Shown here one piece after another: positions 51,558-64,000 of a stretch of 64,000 bases of DNA. Below the pieces are notes generated by a model. That model was given only the letters and a program-made list of their open reading frames with translations. It did no database searches and had not been told where the DNA came from. The DNA comes from Tubulanus polymorphus (Eukaryota; Animalia; Nemertea): contig NC_134035.1 of assembly GCF_964204645.1 (NCBI RefSeq), forward strand, positions 3,224,001-3,288,000, read 5' to 3'. Position 1 is the first letter of the stretch, and each line of letters starts with the position of its first letter. The position numbers were made by a program, and so were the translations under genes.

Positions 51558-52682
51558 GACTGTGTTTTGTGAATGCGTTGTAGCAAAGCCACCACAAATA
51601 TAATTTCGCGCCGCGAGAAACATTGGAAATTCGAGCTTTTATACGGTGTTGAATTGAGTGAAATTATTTCTGTTTTCCATTCTGACGTCATTTCAAGTGC
51701 CATCTGCTGGCATTTTGGCGCATGATTTCGCATCGTGGAGTTCGCGATGTGAAACTAAACATTATCAATGCATTATGTAAAAAATCAAATTATTTACAGA
51801 ACATTTCAGCATATAATATTCATTATTATTTTCGGGTCCTCCTATCGGATCGTGACGCCATCTAGCGGGCTAGCTGGTGACACGGGGTCCTCATCGTCGC
51901 GCATACAGCAGCTAACCATAGCTGAACTACTCGTCTAAGATTCCGATGTGACCGTCGTGCCGTCATTAGTGCGACAAGCGTTCGCGCATCATTTCTTATT
52001 CATACGCCAGCCAGAGGCTCGATTAGACCAGAGTTCGATCAATCAACGAGCAAGTGAAACGTCGCAAATAACTTACGGGTACTCGAACCGGCAACGACGA
52101 CGGCGGAGAAATCATTTTCGATATCCACTACAAACGTTTCGAAGTATTTTTTCGCCGTCCGCGCCGTTTGGGTTGTATTATAACACGTATCGGCATTCAC
52201 TGTTAGCAACTACTCATTATTCGTATCAATCGTTGTTGCAAAAGTTGCTACTAATACGCATCGCTTTTGCGCGAAAAATAATTCAGTATCAACGTGTAAA
52301 TACGGGGGGAGTTAACTCTAACTCACAACTTTACCCCGCATTTGACTGAGTTAAAATTAGTTGATTTTCAATGAGTCAACTCTGAGTCAAATCTTAATTC
52401 AAAACTTTAGAACTGGGTCCAGTATACTAGCAAAGTATCCAATATAATAGCAAAATACGAAGTCTTTTCAGTCTTCGGAAGATATCATGTTTTGGTAGAT
52501 AGATTTCACAGTGAAAATTGAAATTACAGATTGTTACCGTGGTATTTGTCCACACAGTTAACACAAATGATTACGCCAAGCTCCAACGAACCCAGTTGGG
52601 CAGTCTGGTCAATTTTACCATAAATTTGAGACGTGAATACAGGGTTCTCTATCTCAGAAACCAAGATAGATAGAATCCTGCG

Positions 52683-52790
52683 GCCAGTTGCTCAAAAGTT
52701 GGTTAGAATTAACCAGTGGATAGTTGAAATAGTGACAACTAAAAGTTCTCATCGTTACTATGCTATTGAACTTTTGAGCAACTGACCCCT
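52683..52790. mobile_element. Palindromic MITE (ggccagttgctcaaaagtt family)
   Basis: ggccagttgctcaaaagtt ... aacttttgagcaactgacc. Related copies at ~62390-62510 and ~62515-62617. Confidence 0.75.
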
Positions 52791-55700
52791 GGTATGGATA
52801 AAATATACAAGTCCCCCATCTTACTAATGGATTAAGCTCAAAAATATTTATTTCTTAGTTACGTCGGTTGGTGAAAACAGCGACACTGTGTGTAGATAAA
52901 CCAACTGACGATGATCTTGACTATACATCGAAATTGAAGGTTTCGCAAAAAGCCATTCCATAAAATCATCGCATTCTGTCGTTATTGATGCTCGAATCGT
53001 CAGGAAAAACGCGTTCGTCTTCGTTAGTTCTAAAAGCAAGTAGTTGTTCGTCGCGAATGCGTACGTTACGATACGGCAACGAACCGCTTACCGTCGAGTA
53101 TCGACCGAGTTCAACAACGGATGGAAACTTATCACGTAAACTTCCGCAGTTCATGCGTCAGATGAGGCTAACACCTATCAACGATCGGCTTTTCGTTTTT
53201 TTGTATTTGTTGAAAGAATGATTTGTTATTCGATAATCTAATAAATAATCCAATCTGAAACGAGTCAAAGGTGCAGCGATTCGTAGGAATTAGCTTGCTT
53301 TTAGAACCTACAGTTCCATGGTCCAAAAGTGATCTAAGACTGGTCTTGAGTTGTGATTGGCTTTAAAAAACTAAGATGGTCTTAGACCAAGTTAAAGCCA
53401 CGATTATGGAAATGGCCCGAGGTGGATTGTGCGGTTTGGATTTATGTCTTGACCATATAGGACCGGCGTATCTTGGCCGTTAGATCATGCCACGGTTTGG
53501 CCATCGACTCAAGAAAAACGAATCCGTTTTAAAGCTCACGATTTGGCCAAATGCTGAATCAGTTATTAGTTCGTATCACATGATAATTACTTAGGAGATA
53601 AATTGAAGATATTCTAAGGGAGGGGTCGATTGGCCACGATCTGTGCTAATTGAAAACACAACTCTTGTGGTCAGTGATTTGCATGCGAACTGATGAACAG
53701 GGCTCTGAAAGGGAAATTAAATACTAATTGTCATAAACTGTCAATGTTGCTTGTACTGTCATTAGAAGAGCTCAATATGAGCCGGTAATGCGATCCTAAT
53801 GGTGACATGAAATTAAATGGTTTCGTGCGAGATATTATCAATTTGGCTTCTGTAGTTGACATGAGTCTATTGTAAAATGTTTGTCCACTCAATATAATAT
53901 GACGCATTGTATTGCGTCTTGAGGAAACCATTCCGAATAACTAACTCAAAAATATAAGATAGAAACTTCGACAATCTTTTTCAACAATTCCCTAAGACGT
54001 TCCCGTACTTGGGTAGATGATAATCTCAACCGGAAGTATAGTTTTCTCAGAGGCGGGCCAAGGGTATTTTATCCACTGTATTCAGGATTTAGAAGGGCAC
54101 TTTTTATTCTGTATACGGGGTACCTTTTACGGCCACTCAATTAGCAGATATCCCGCAATAATTCAGCCAAGGATATAAAGTTCTCGAGTAGATTGCAGAG
54201 TTCTAGAGTTTATAGCATTCTGAATAAAGACCATTCGCCATCAGGCGTGCTGATGCTGGCTAATAGTCTTCGTAGTTCAAAATAACTCTATTACTCAAGA
54301 ACTTTTCATCTTTGAGTGAATTATTTTAGAATTTGTATCGTATATTCATCTTATACGGATATCGTGTATCTTCTCTCGACTTGAGAGGTGTTGATTGTTA
54401 TCCGAAATGTCGCCGACAGAAATCACTTTGTAGAATCACCTATTTACAGAATATGATTTTAAAAAAGAACGCTTTCGGGGAAAATGGCACTTTCTTCGAT
54501 CACTAGCGCTGTATTCCGGAATACTTGGAATCACGCTGGATCCTGTGCACGTTAAGAATTTGGTTTACGATTATATCGAATAAAGCATGGTCCCCCCGAC
54601 AAGCAGTGTACACATATCATGATATATATGATATAATTTCGTGGCCTCGATTTGTTGTATTTCGCTTAAAAAAGTCTAGACATAATATTGTTTGCTAACC
54701 GTGTTCGCCGTGCGCGCCCCGGTAACGAACACGCCTAATTCGTCCCTGGCGCCATTAGAACATTATTACAGACGTTTTTCCGTCTCTAAAGCTCCCGCGC
54801 GCTCTTTGATGCTTCAACAAAACGAGCCATCGACGCAATTCGCGAAAGTATGTTATTTCGCGTGAAAAGAATTCGACGCATTCCGATTTCAGAGGGCTTT
54901 AATCTTCGTCGGAAGGTTTTTCGCGCGTATATACACGCAACCGTCACTTAGGCGCGCGCGTTCGGCTCGGCGACGGTATCGTAAATTAGAGGTTACGGGG
55001 AATCTGATCAGGTTCTGAAATAGCTCGGGGTTTTGTCAACCGCACGGGGCTTCGTACCTACCTTACTTCGCTATAACGGCGTCGTATATCAATCGTAGAT
55101 AGTATAGGGCATTAGACTATCTCGCATTTCTATTCCATCTCTGCAAAAGTAAATACATTGTGTAGATTTATATTGTGGGTTTATCACTCATAGACTTAGC
55201 TATCGGATGGTCGACATTGAATTAGTCAATTGCGACCACGGTATTTATCCGACAATTATCTTTAACCAACCTTTGAGGAACCTGGTACCTGGATCTAAGT
55301 TTGGAATATAAAAAAATGAACTTGTTCAACTTTGGAGACTTAAAATTCTTGCTGTTTTCACCACGCGACGAATCAGGAAATTCGAACGCATTCGATCTTT
55401 AAAAAGATCGATAAATTGCGGCAAGATCTTGGCTTTTAAAAACCACCCGAGCCACGAGCGATATGGAAGGAGTTAAATAAGCCGGTTTTGTTTTCGAATT
55501 TATAATATAATACGATCTGTTTTCGAAATCCCTCATGTGGCACTCGATTCCGGCGCGCGAGAATCTGCGTATATTTTGAAAAGCGTCGATAACGCCTCTG
55601 AAAGCCGCGGCTCGACGATGCGTTCACGATAGCTGCGCGCGAAACAGCGATTACAACCTATGACGCGTTGTTCTCCATCGTCCCGCGGGGTTTACGAACG

Positions 55701-58700
55701 TTCCGTTCCCTCGAGCGACAGACGAAAACGCTGACCGCAAAGGTCAGAACGACGCTTTTATCTCGGTTTGCAGAATTTTGACGAGCGGATGGAAGCGTTT
55801 GGTTTTGATAATGGATGACAGATTGTTAATCACGGCGTATCTGGTGATTGACTTTAATTACGGCGGTGAATTAGCCGCACATCCGCTATCGAGAGAGAGG
55901 TAGTTCGCTGTCACAGTTTATGCACTCATTCAACACGGATACAACACGAGGAAAAAACCAGTCATTCTCTCTTTAGTCGTGAAGGCAATAATCCTTTATT
56001 TCCCGTTAAAGAGAAGTTAACAGTCTTGTATTATATCAAAATACCTAATTATGGTTGTAAGGTGATTAATACTAATGACAGAAAACCTTTCTACAACAAC
56101 AAAACATGAAACATGAAGTACCATCTTCATTTTTGAGACCCTTCCTACTTAGAAATTCATGTTACCGTATAACATATGTATTTCCATTATACCTGATTTA
56201 TAGTCAAATTCAGACGAACGACTGGTCCCAGTTGTGGTGGAACTTATAGTAAACTGTGCTCTATAGATTATTTGGAATTATTCATTTTTGTCGGTTTTGA
56301 CGAAAATATCTTTACATCTAATATGATAATAGTAATAATAATATTTTTATTGTAAGAGAATATTCTCTTATGACACATACAGATACAAGGCGTAGATAGC
56401 ATTTGAATGTGAGGGCGGGGGAGGGGCAGAGAAACTACAGAGAAAGAACAGTTATTACCTGTGTTAGACCTATAACAAAATGCTTGTTAGTCACAATAAT
56501 ATATTTGCAAAATGGTACTTTCCCCAAAATCTTGGACGGGGGGGGGCAACTGGCTCCCTACTCCCGCTATGTACGGCCCTGAGATAAGTAGTTAACATAG
56601 ACAGTTACACATGAACACATATCTTTATAAGGAGAGTTGAGGAGGAACCGCGTTAACGTGGTGTCAAATCAGTGAATGTGCACCAGCACAAGCCCCCACT
56701 ACCATAGTTCTAACACCCCACCCCGTCTCGCGCACGCCTGGAAATTGGAATTATTTCGCTTTCTTTGAATCGGGAGAGAGAATACGCATTCTACAAAAGC
56801 GCATTTCATAGTAATGGATTTGCCGCGAAAGAAAAAACACCCGTTGAGAATTGCACGAGTCTCTGCTAATGACAGAATACGTGGGAACAAATATAAAGTT
56901 TCATCATCGAATACAAGTTCGATTGAACTTCATTGATGAAAAGCGAATCATTAGATGATTGCTTTGAAGTATCATATCGTATTACAACAGCAGGATACCA
57001 CTTCTATTTCCTATACGGATAATCTGTCGTTTTACGGCGAGATCGGTGCATTTTTTTGTCAAGTATCGTCTAGAGTATAACAGTGTGTTATACGGTGCGT
57101 TGATTCAACCCATAACGTATAATTCGTAACACGCGAAAAGAGGGCGGAAAAACACCGAAATACCAGTCTATAAAACCGGGCCCAGAAAGGTACGATGGAA
57201 TTCTCTTCCGTCCGCGATATAGAATCTCTCGTAGTATTCAAAGGACAGCTGAAGACATTTCTGCTGAAATCATCACTTTTTTATGGAGAGCACTTTTGGG
57301 GATCATTCATTTATCACGCACGTATAAAATTTGGATTCAACCCCCTCGCCCTTGTTCGCAAAATCGGCCATTTTTCGGATAAACTAGGCATTACAGAACG
57401 TAATTGCACTGACCCTGCACCCTCCATTTCAATTTGGTTGAATCCAAATTTTTATAAGTGAATGACCCCTTGGTAATAGTTCGTAGATTTACAAGGCGCT
57501 ATACTATAATCTCTAATCCCATCCCATCCAATCCTATCCTATATGAGAAAAACTTAATGCTTTATAACAAATTTAGCTTCACGAAGGACGATTTCATTGA
57601 ATTTGAGTTAAAGATGTTTTGTTCTCAGGGAAATGTTCGCGTTTAGTGAAGTGAACACCGCTATTGAAAACGATGGCGTATACTATACTATGATCAGGCC
57701 GTAAAAGATTTAATGAAGTCAAATCACCTTTCTGTTGCGAATGCGAAATTGATAGTTTGAACTGAATTAGATTCTGTTAGATGTTGTATTGTATTGCATT
57801 GGAAACGACATTTTGATGCGCGCTCTCTGTCTCTCGTTCCCTATCGTTCGTTGCCTTTCGGCAGAAAAATCGGTGACATTCATCTTTCGGCTTATCAGTT
57901 TACCGGCAGTTGCTCTGCGTGACACAGCGGCAGTACCAGGAGAACAGAAGATGAACGCAGGTCATGTTTCAAGGGTCTTTAATTAAATAAACTACAGATC
58001 CTATCGGGTTGACTAACGCTCCATTCCGACCGGGCTATACGACATACAGATTCTGTATACGCATACCAAACACGTTCTTATGCGGATAATCGATGCCATC
58101 GGAAAAAAGGAATCGGTTCTCTCGTCATCAAAATCAACAACTCTCGCCTCTGAAGCTTTGTCGCTGAATGCTTTTTATGAAAACAGTATTCAGCGAATAC
58201 GTTACACATGTAGTCGTATCCGCGATTATGTGTAGATCTGTCAAAGATCAACCGCGTCAATGTGTACTTAAGATAAGGTTTTGATTGACACTACCAGGCC
58301 CACCAAAATAGGAAAACCATGAGCTAGAGATTTTTTTCACGAAATTCAAAATGTCAGAATCCACAATCAGATTCTCCTTATTGTGGTACCATCGTAACCG
58401 GAAAGCAGGGAAATTCCAACAGGGAATTTTCTTTTCTTAAACAAGTCAGGAAATAACTGCGCAGAATTTTGTAAAGAGCTGAAATTTCAGGGAAAAGTCA
58501 AGGAAACGGTGCGTTTGGAAATGTGTCGAGATTGCTAGATCACGCGTAAAATCAAACAGTTTCCGTCTGTTTCCTACATATTTGACTGTGTTAATTGATT
58601 GGATTCTTAGCAGATCAAGTCAGGCAAAACAACGCGCATGTCAGGGAATAGTCAAGGGAAAGGCGAATCAAATAAAAGTGACCACCGTGTTTAGTTCAGC

Positions 58701-60247
58701 GATGGCTTCACTGAAATATTGCGACGCGTGAAGGCCAGGAAACTTTCCAATCCTGCATCTTCAACCGGGTACTTTCGTCTCTACAGCCACGGCAATTCAG
58801 TTTCTTTCGCCCCATTTTCTTTTTAAATGTTTTTTTAGCAGACGACAGATAGATAGAGAGGGGATTGCCGGCAGTTTGGCGTATTTACGGCAAAACAGCG
58901 CTCTACGACTTGCAGCAATTACGACCGTTGTAATGTGTGCTGCGAAGCGCGCGGCGAAAACCACTGGTCACGGCACTATTTACGAAACACCGCGGTCGTT
59001 ACCATCTCGGCAGGGGAAAATTGCCCCGGCAGCTCGCACACAATTTTCTCTAAATTATTGCGCAAGCCGATTTTCTTATTCGCCGCGCCGTCGACGGTAA
59101 TTTTCTTCTCGCATAGGCGAAAAATGTTGCGTTTTTTTCGCAGGCTCGGCACCTCGCGCACGCGCGCGGGTCGATGTCGCTGTAAGTTTAGACACACGCG
59201 TGCGCTGGACAGGTCATTAGTCCACGTTTCAGTTTGTATTCGTGGACGCATTTGTCTTTCGACTTCTTCCTCCGACACGGCACCGGCAAAAAAGCCGAGT
59301 CGACGACGTCGAACACGCGAAAGCGTATAAACTCTCCGTGCTAAACATCGTGCCGGTATCGTTTATCGGACGTCGATTAATCTCAATCGCGCGCGGTCAA
59401 CATTTTTTGCGATATAAAAACAAACACGCAAATATACTGACACACGCTCGGCGTACATGGCTCGCAGGTGTCGAATGTCGAATGTCGACTGAGTTACGCC
59501 GACTTGCGACGTGCGCGACACGGAACTAACGTCGCCGGCGGTCATGCGCGGTAATTAGTCAGGTTTTGTTTACGACCTTTCGCGTCATCTCGCCACGCGT
59601 TTCGCACGGAGCGACGGAGAAAATGAAATTCAAGAGATTTCAAAAAGCGTTTCTTATTCACCGATTTCATGCATATTCAAATCGACGACGGCTTCTGTCG
59701 TCTGTAACTGGAGATCGGGTTCTCTACCGCGGGCTCTGTTTCGACGTTCTACGGTTACACATTCATAGACAGATAGAAAAAACTATGATCACCATTAAGA
59801 TTGTTTGTGTGCGCCGCAGGCGATTCGAATGAAATGTTTAACTTGGATCATGAATTTGAAAGTCACCGGTCTAAAAACGCACCTGTATCACTCCCCAGCA
59901 GCCGACTAGTCGAATGTACGTTACTGTCTTCGTAAAAAACGAAATGCTCTCAAGGGGACACCCGCGGGGATTTTGTTCCTACACGAAATTCCACGCAGAA
60001 AGCGCGAATAAATATCGTAATCTTTCGATGGCCGAAACGGAAAGTTTTGCAGTTTTTTTTTTAAGAATAGTACATTTTAGCAATACTTTGTCGCAATCTA
60101 AAGCCAGGGGATCTAGGATTAAGATGTAGAATTTCTTCAAAGTGAGGGGATGCAGAAAAGGGCAACTATTCTTTATAGCTGTGCGTGAGGGGGTCTAGAA
60201 AATTTCGGTAATATACTCTTAGACATCCGATCTCATTACCTCATAAA

Positions 60248-60447
60248 GCCCAACGCACACGGCACCGGAAAAACGTTTTTTCCTCGTGAAAAAAAAAAAC
60301 GTTTTCGATGTTTTTGGTCATACCATGTACGGGGGAGGCAAAACAAAAAACGCCGAACTGAAAAACGTTTTTCACGAACAAAAAACGTTTTCTGAAAAAC
60401 GTGTTTCTGTTTCGGCGAAACAAATGTTTTGCCGTGTGCGTTTAGGC
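60248..60447. mobile_element. Palindromic MITE with aacgcacacggca TIR and internal aaaaacgttttt motifs
   Basis: cccaacgcacacggca ... tgccgtgtgcgtttagg. Confidence 0.7.
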
Positions 60448-61180
60448 AACTTAGATTTTATGTATTCATAGAAACTTATAATAAAAATATTGGGGCGTGA
60501 AAAAAGGGAAATCGGAAACTTTTAGGTGTGATGGTGGATCCCCTGCACATCTGTGTTACGAGGCTACACGGGGCTTCTATCGTGGATATACCAGCTAAGA
60601 GAAAGCTCGAATATCTATACACCTTGGTACAGTGGGGGAGCGCGACTGGCCTGTGACGCCTCGGTGCAAAATCAACTTAATAAGGCTGGACATATTTCTA
60701 AATACACGTAATGTATATACTTATTGCTGGTCAAATAGATTTTTTTTTTCAAATTTGAATTTCTATTCAATATAGTCACACTCCCGAATTACTGATAGCA
60801 ACGGTACATACCTCGTTGGTTCCTAGTGTTGGTATCTACTATACGAATCAGCCTCTAGTCCCTCCCCTTTTGAAGACATCCGCGAAATGCGAGCTCGGAA
60901 TAACAGCACCTGTTCCTAGCGAGATGCGATTACTGAAACCAATATTATTCTTAAACCATTTTCTCGCTGACTTTGATGACGACCGCCTATTATCCAATAT
61001 CAAAAACTGATTTATGAATTAAACTCGCGGATGGCGTTAAGGTTAATGGTAAACAGACGTAAAATTAATAAGGGTTTGGTAACAGACGTTTTCATTGATC
61101 TTAAAATGCCAAGGCCGGCGAAGGCAGGTTGACGAAATTTAATTTACGTGAAAAATTCTGTAAATTCGACCGCGCCGCTG

Positions 61181-61286
61181 GGGCCAGTTTTGTAGACTGT
61201 GGTATCAACTTTAACCCGGGGGCTTACACAATTGAAAATTGATTGAGTAAACCCCCGGGTTAAAGTTCATTCTATAAAACAGGGCC
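61181..61286. mobile_element. Palindromic MITE (gggccagttttgtaga family), CWG-flanked
   Basis: ctg|gggccagttttgtaga..ctttaacccggggg..cccccgggttaaag..tctataaaacagggcc|cag. A related copy lies at ~45296-45404. Confidence 0.75.
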
Positions 61287-62084
61287 CAGTGTTTCAATTT
61301 CCGATTTCAAAATCAAACCCACTGTTTCGTTGCTGCAAGTGTGTTTGGCGGGTTTATAAGTACCGCTCCTCAATTAACAGTCGGGAAAGTTGCCTTCGAG
61401 AAATATCGCCCTTGATTCTGTCATCTGCTTTGCACCAGTTATAGTACCCGTGACTGTTTTCTGATTCGAACTGGGTTCGAATCCCATCCCCGATTTAACA
61501 ACGAAAGCGTCCGGCAGCAATTGCCCATGTTCAGGACAAAAAGCAGCTGCGTGCTACACACAGAAACAGAAGTCAATCTAACAACGAAATTAACTACAGA
61601 GAATTAAAATATAAGTTTAAGACAGTCATGGCCGATGAATCGTCCGTTTTACAGGACTGTATTACGGATACTCAAATATTTGCCTATCGTATGGCGGCGA
61701 GTGTTCTATCGGTTAACTGACCGCTACACGGCACCTTATCTCGACGTCTCTATTTACCGGTACAGTCGATAACGCCGTGGAAATGCAATTAAGAACCCGA
61801 TAAACAGCTCATTGGAGGCGGCAGTACTCGAGAGAATGAATACCGAAGATGCGGTGATGGTGGTGGTGGTGGTGGTGGTACTGTGTCGCGCTAACTAACC
61901 ACTCCACGCTCGTCTCGAAAAAAAAAAACAACGGATCGATGCACACACGCATGCGGGAAGGACATACCTGAGCACCGATGTAACAATTAGGCTCTCCGCA
62001 AACAACGCCAGAATTAACAGTATAACGGCGAATAATTCTTTCCATTCTCTCCATCGCAAGGGATTTGTATGATCCTGTCCCTGT

Positions 62085-62232
62085 AGAGAGAATTCCACAA
62101 TAATAACGAAAAACAGTCCGAAAATGTAACTTTGAGCTACTAGTTTATTCAACGTTTCGACTATATTCTAATAGTCATCTTCAGGAAGAGTGAATACATC
62201 GCTTCAACACGGATAATAGTGTTTTATCAATC
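62085..62232 (-). mobile_element. 148-bp insertion with 16-bp TSD carrying a minimal type I hammerhead-like motif (PLE pLTR/retrozyme-like)
   Basis: Direct repeat ATGATCCTGTCCCTGT at 62069-62084 and 62233-62248. Minus strand 62187-62146 reads ttcCTGAAGAtgactattagaatatagtcGAAACGTTgaata. Confidence 0.75.
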
Positions 62233-63028
62233 ATGATCCTGTCCCTGTTTGTCGGTTATCGGGAAGAAAAGTTTTCGTCGAAATATTGACCACACGATCT
62301 CCGTCGTGAGCGAACGGATAGGCCTATATACTGAACATTCACCAAAAACCTGGAACACTCAAGGGATTAGGATAATGCTTTTGACCACGGGCCAGGGGCT
62401 GTTGGTTAAAGATAACCGGTGGATACTTACCATAGTTTACATGAAGTTTTTTTAATTGTCACTATGTCAACTATCCACTAATCTAACCAACTTTGGAGCA
62501 ACTGGCCCCCTGATCAAAGGTTGGTATGAGTTAAAACCAGTGGAAACATACCATTGACAATTGAATTTGTATTGTTACCATGTCCAACTCCGACCAAGTT
62601 TTGAGCAACCGACCCCTGAGTGTCATTGTAACGCAGACACCTAGGCAGGAAGGCTATTGTCTCGATACTTCTTCTTGAAATCGCCATAACTTTAGACCAC
62701 AGAAATCCAGTTTAATCAAACGGATTTTGCGGAATACCGTCGATACAGCCACTACCAGGACTGGGTGAAACTAAAACTGATTATTGGGCCGTACGTACTT
62801 ATCCCGGCCTTCCCTGTTATTTGAATTATGAGTTCGCACTCTGCGCCCCTCTCCCTCTGAGATGATGATCATCGATATAAACGAATATAGAAAAAACTGA
62901 TCATTTCTAATACGATTCGTATATATAGCGTTTATTAGTTTTTATCATTGCCTCCGTGCTACTGTCGTATCTCGAAAAAACCACTTAAATCTTTGAGTCG
63001 AGAAGATACACACTATGCGTGTAAGATG

Positions 63029-63280
63029 GATGACGAGAAAAATCCCTGACAATGATTCAGTCCGAGATGAAAAATTCTTGAATAGAAGAGACTTTATTTT
63101 GAGTACCGTTACGGCAAAACACTATCAGCCATCATCAGGCGTACTGATGATGGCTAAAATAGTGTACGCCTGATGATGGCTAATAGTGTTTAGCCGAAAC
63201 GTTGCTCAAAATAAAGTCTCTTCTATTAAAGAATTTTTTTATCTCGGACTGAATCATTGTGGCATTTTTTCCTCGTCACC
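63029..63280. ncRNA. 250-bp palindrome built from inverted hammerhead-like units
   Basis: Arms 63029-63144 and 63164-63280 are reverse complements. Plus-strand core CTGATGA-tggctaatagtgtttagcc-GAAACGTT at 63170-63203. A decayed relative lies at ~54200-54325. Confidence 0.6.
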
Positions 63281-64000
63281 TAAATTCTAATGCGCTTTCC
63301 TGTATGCCGTATAACGTCATTTATATCTACACACGTATATTCGTCGGGATTTGTTTTCTTGACGCAGTTTCGTTGATAAGATGATCTTATATAATGCCGT
63401 CTGCTTCGACGACGGAAACAACACTCGGCGCGTACGTATATTTCAAGGCGGCGAGAAATAACCCGACAGACGACGACAGAGATGCCGATCTAAAATAATC
63501 CAATTCGTATGTCGTCGATTATTTTCGTAAGATAAACTGTGTAGCCTTTTTACTCGACGTCGCGGGTTCTGTTTTGATTCTATTTAGCAGTCGTATCGCG
63601 ATGTCTCTCCGTCGAGGAGGAACTCTTTGAAATCCGAACGATTTGTTCGACGCTGTTGTGTGATAGCGGCGCTAACCGTCTTCAGCTCGGTGATATAGAG
63701 ACATAAAGAATTATTTAGAATTGTATACTTTTTTACGAACGTTATTATATGGGAACCTTCATCATCGCTAGTCGAGGATTCCGGTTTAAGCGAGCTATGA
63801 TTCATCCGCTAGGGGCTCGAAGATTTTAATAGTAACCATCTTGATGGATAGAGCGAAAATCAAGCGTGCTAAGCATCTTTTGAGTAAATGTTCCCTATGG
63901 CCCCTGTTTGCAGTACTAGTACGTCAGTATTTCATTATATCATTATAACTATGCAAAATTTGTACAGCACCTTATTCCGAAAGAGCGCTTTACACAACAT

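Noticed and set aside
52848-53221. Coding-looking minus-strand segment
   Set aside because: Candidate acceptors lead to nearby stops and no domain is recognisable.
61968-62080. Exon-like hydrophobic segment on the minus strand
   Set aside because: Its acceptor overlaps the TSD of the hammerhead insertion and no partner exons were found.
63584-63805. 73-aa minus-strand ORF near the window end
   Set aside because: Could be a terminal exon of a gene outside the window, but nothing in view supports it.

Overview
Eukaryotic (metazoan, probably marine invertebrate) genomic DNA: AT-rich, GT-AG introns, very repeat-rich. Most short ORFs in the supplied track are spurious. I reconstructed five genes by hand. 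(1) The last four exons of a purple acid phosphatase (ACP7-like, +, 441-2057). (2) An intronless rhodopsin-class GPCR (+, 21342-22277). (3) A 7-exon, ~577-aa protein (-, 36998-42192) with a DRE-TIM metallolyase-like (homocitrate/isopropylmalate synthase-like) barrel fused to a C-terminal EF-hand; this is the most interesting gene here. (4) A divergently transcribed, secreted SOUL/heme-binding protein (+, 43097-44975). (5) A 6-exon, ~612-aa acidic, disordered and coiled-coil protein of unknown family (+, 45883-50173). The rest is mobile and repetitive DNA: a ~2.9-kb foldback element with a higher-order minisatellite core, a 1571-bp head-to-tail Helitron-like array with a young retro-insertion, a nested TIR element with an 8-bp TSD, a 5'-truncated Penelope-like (GIY-YIG) retroelement, tRNA-derived SINE-like sequences, a ~3.5-kb tandem segmental duplication, many palindromic MITEs, and several minimal hammerhead-ribozyme-like motifs, one in a 148-bp insertion with a 16-bp TSD. 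All calls come from reading the sequence by eye; no searches were run.
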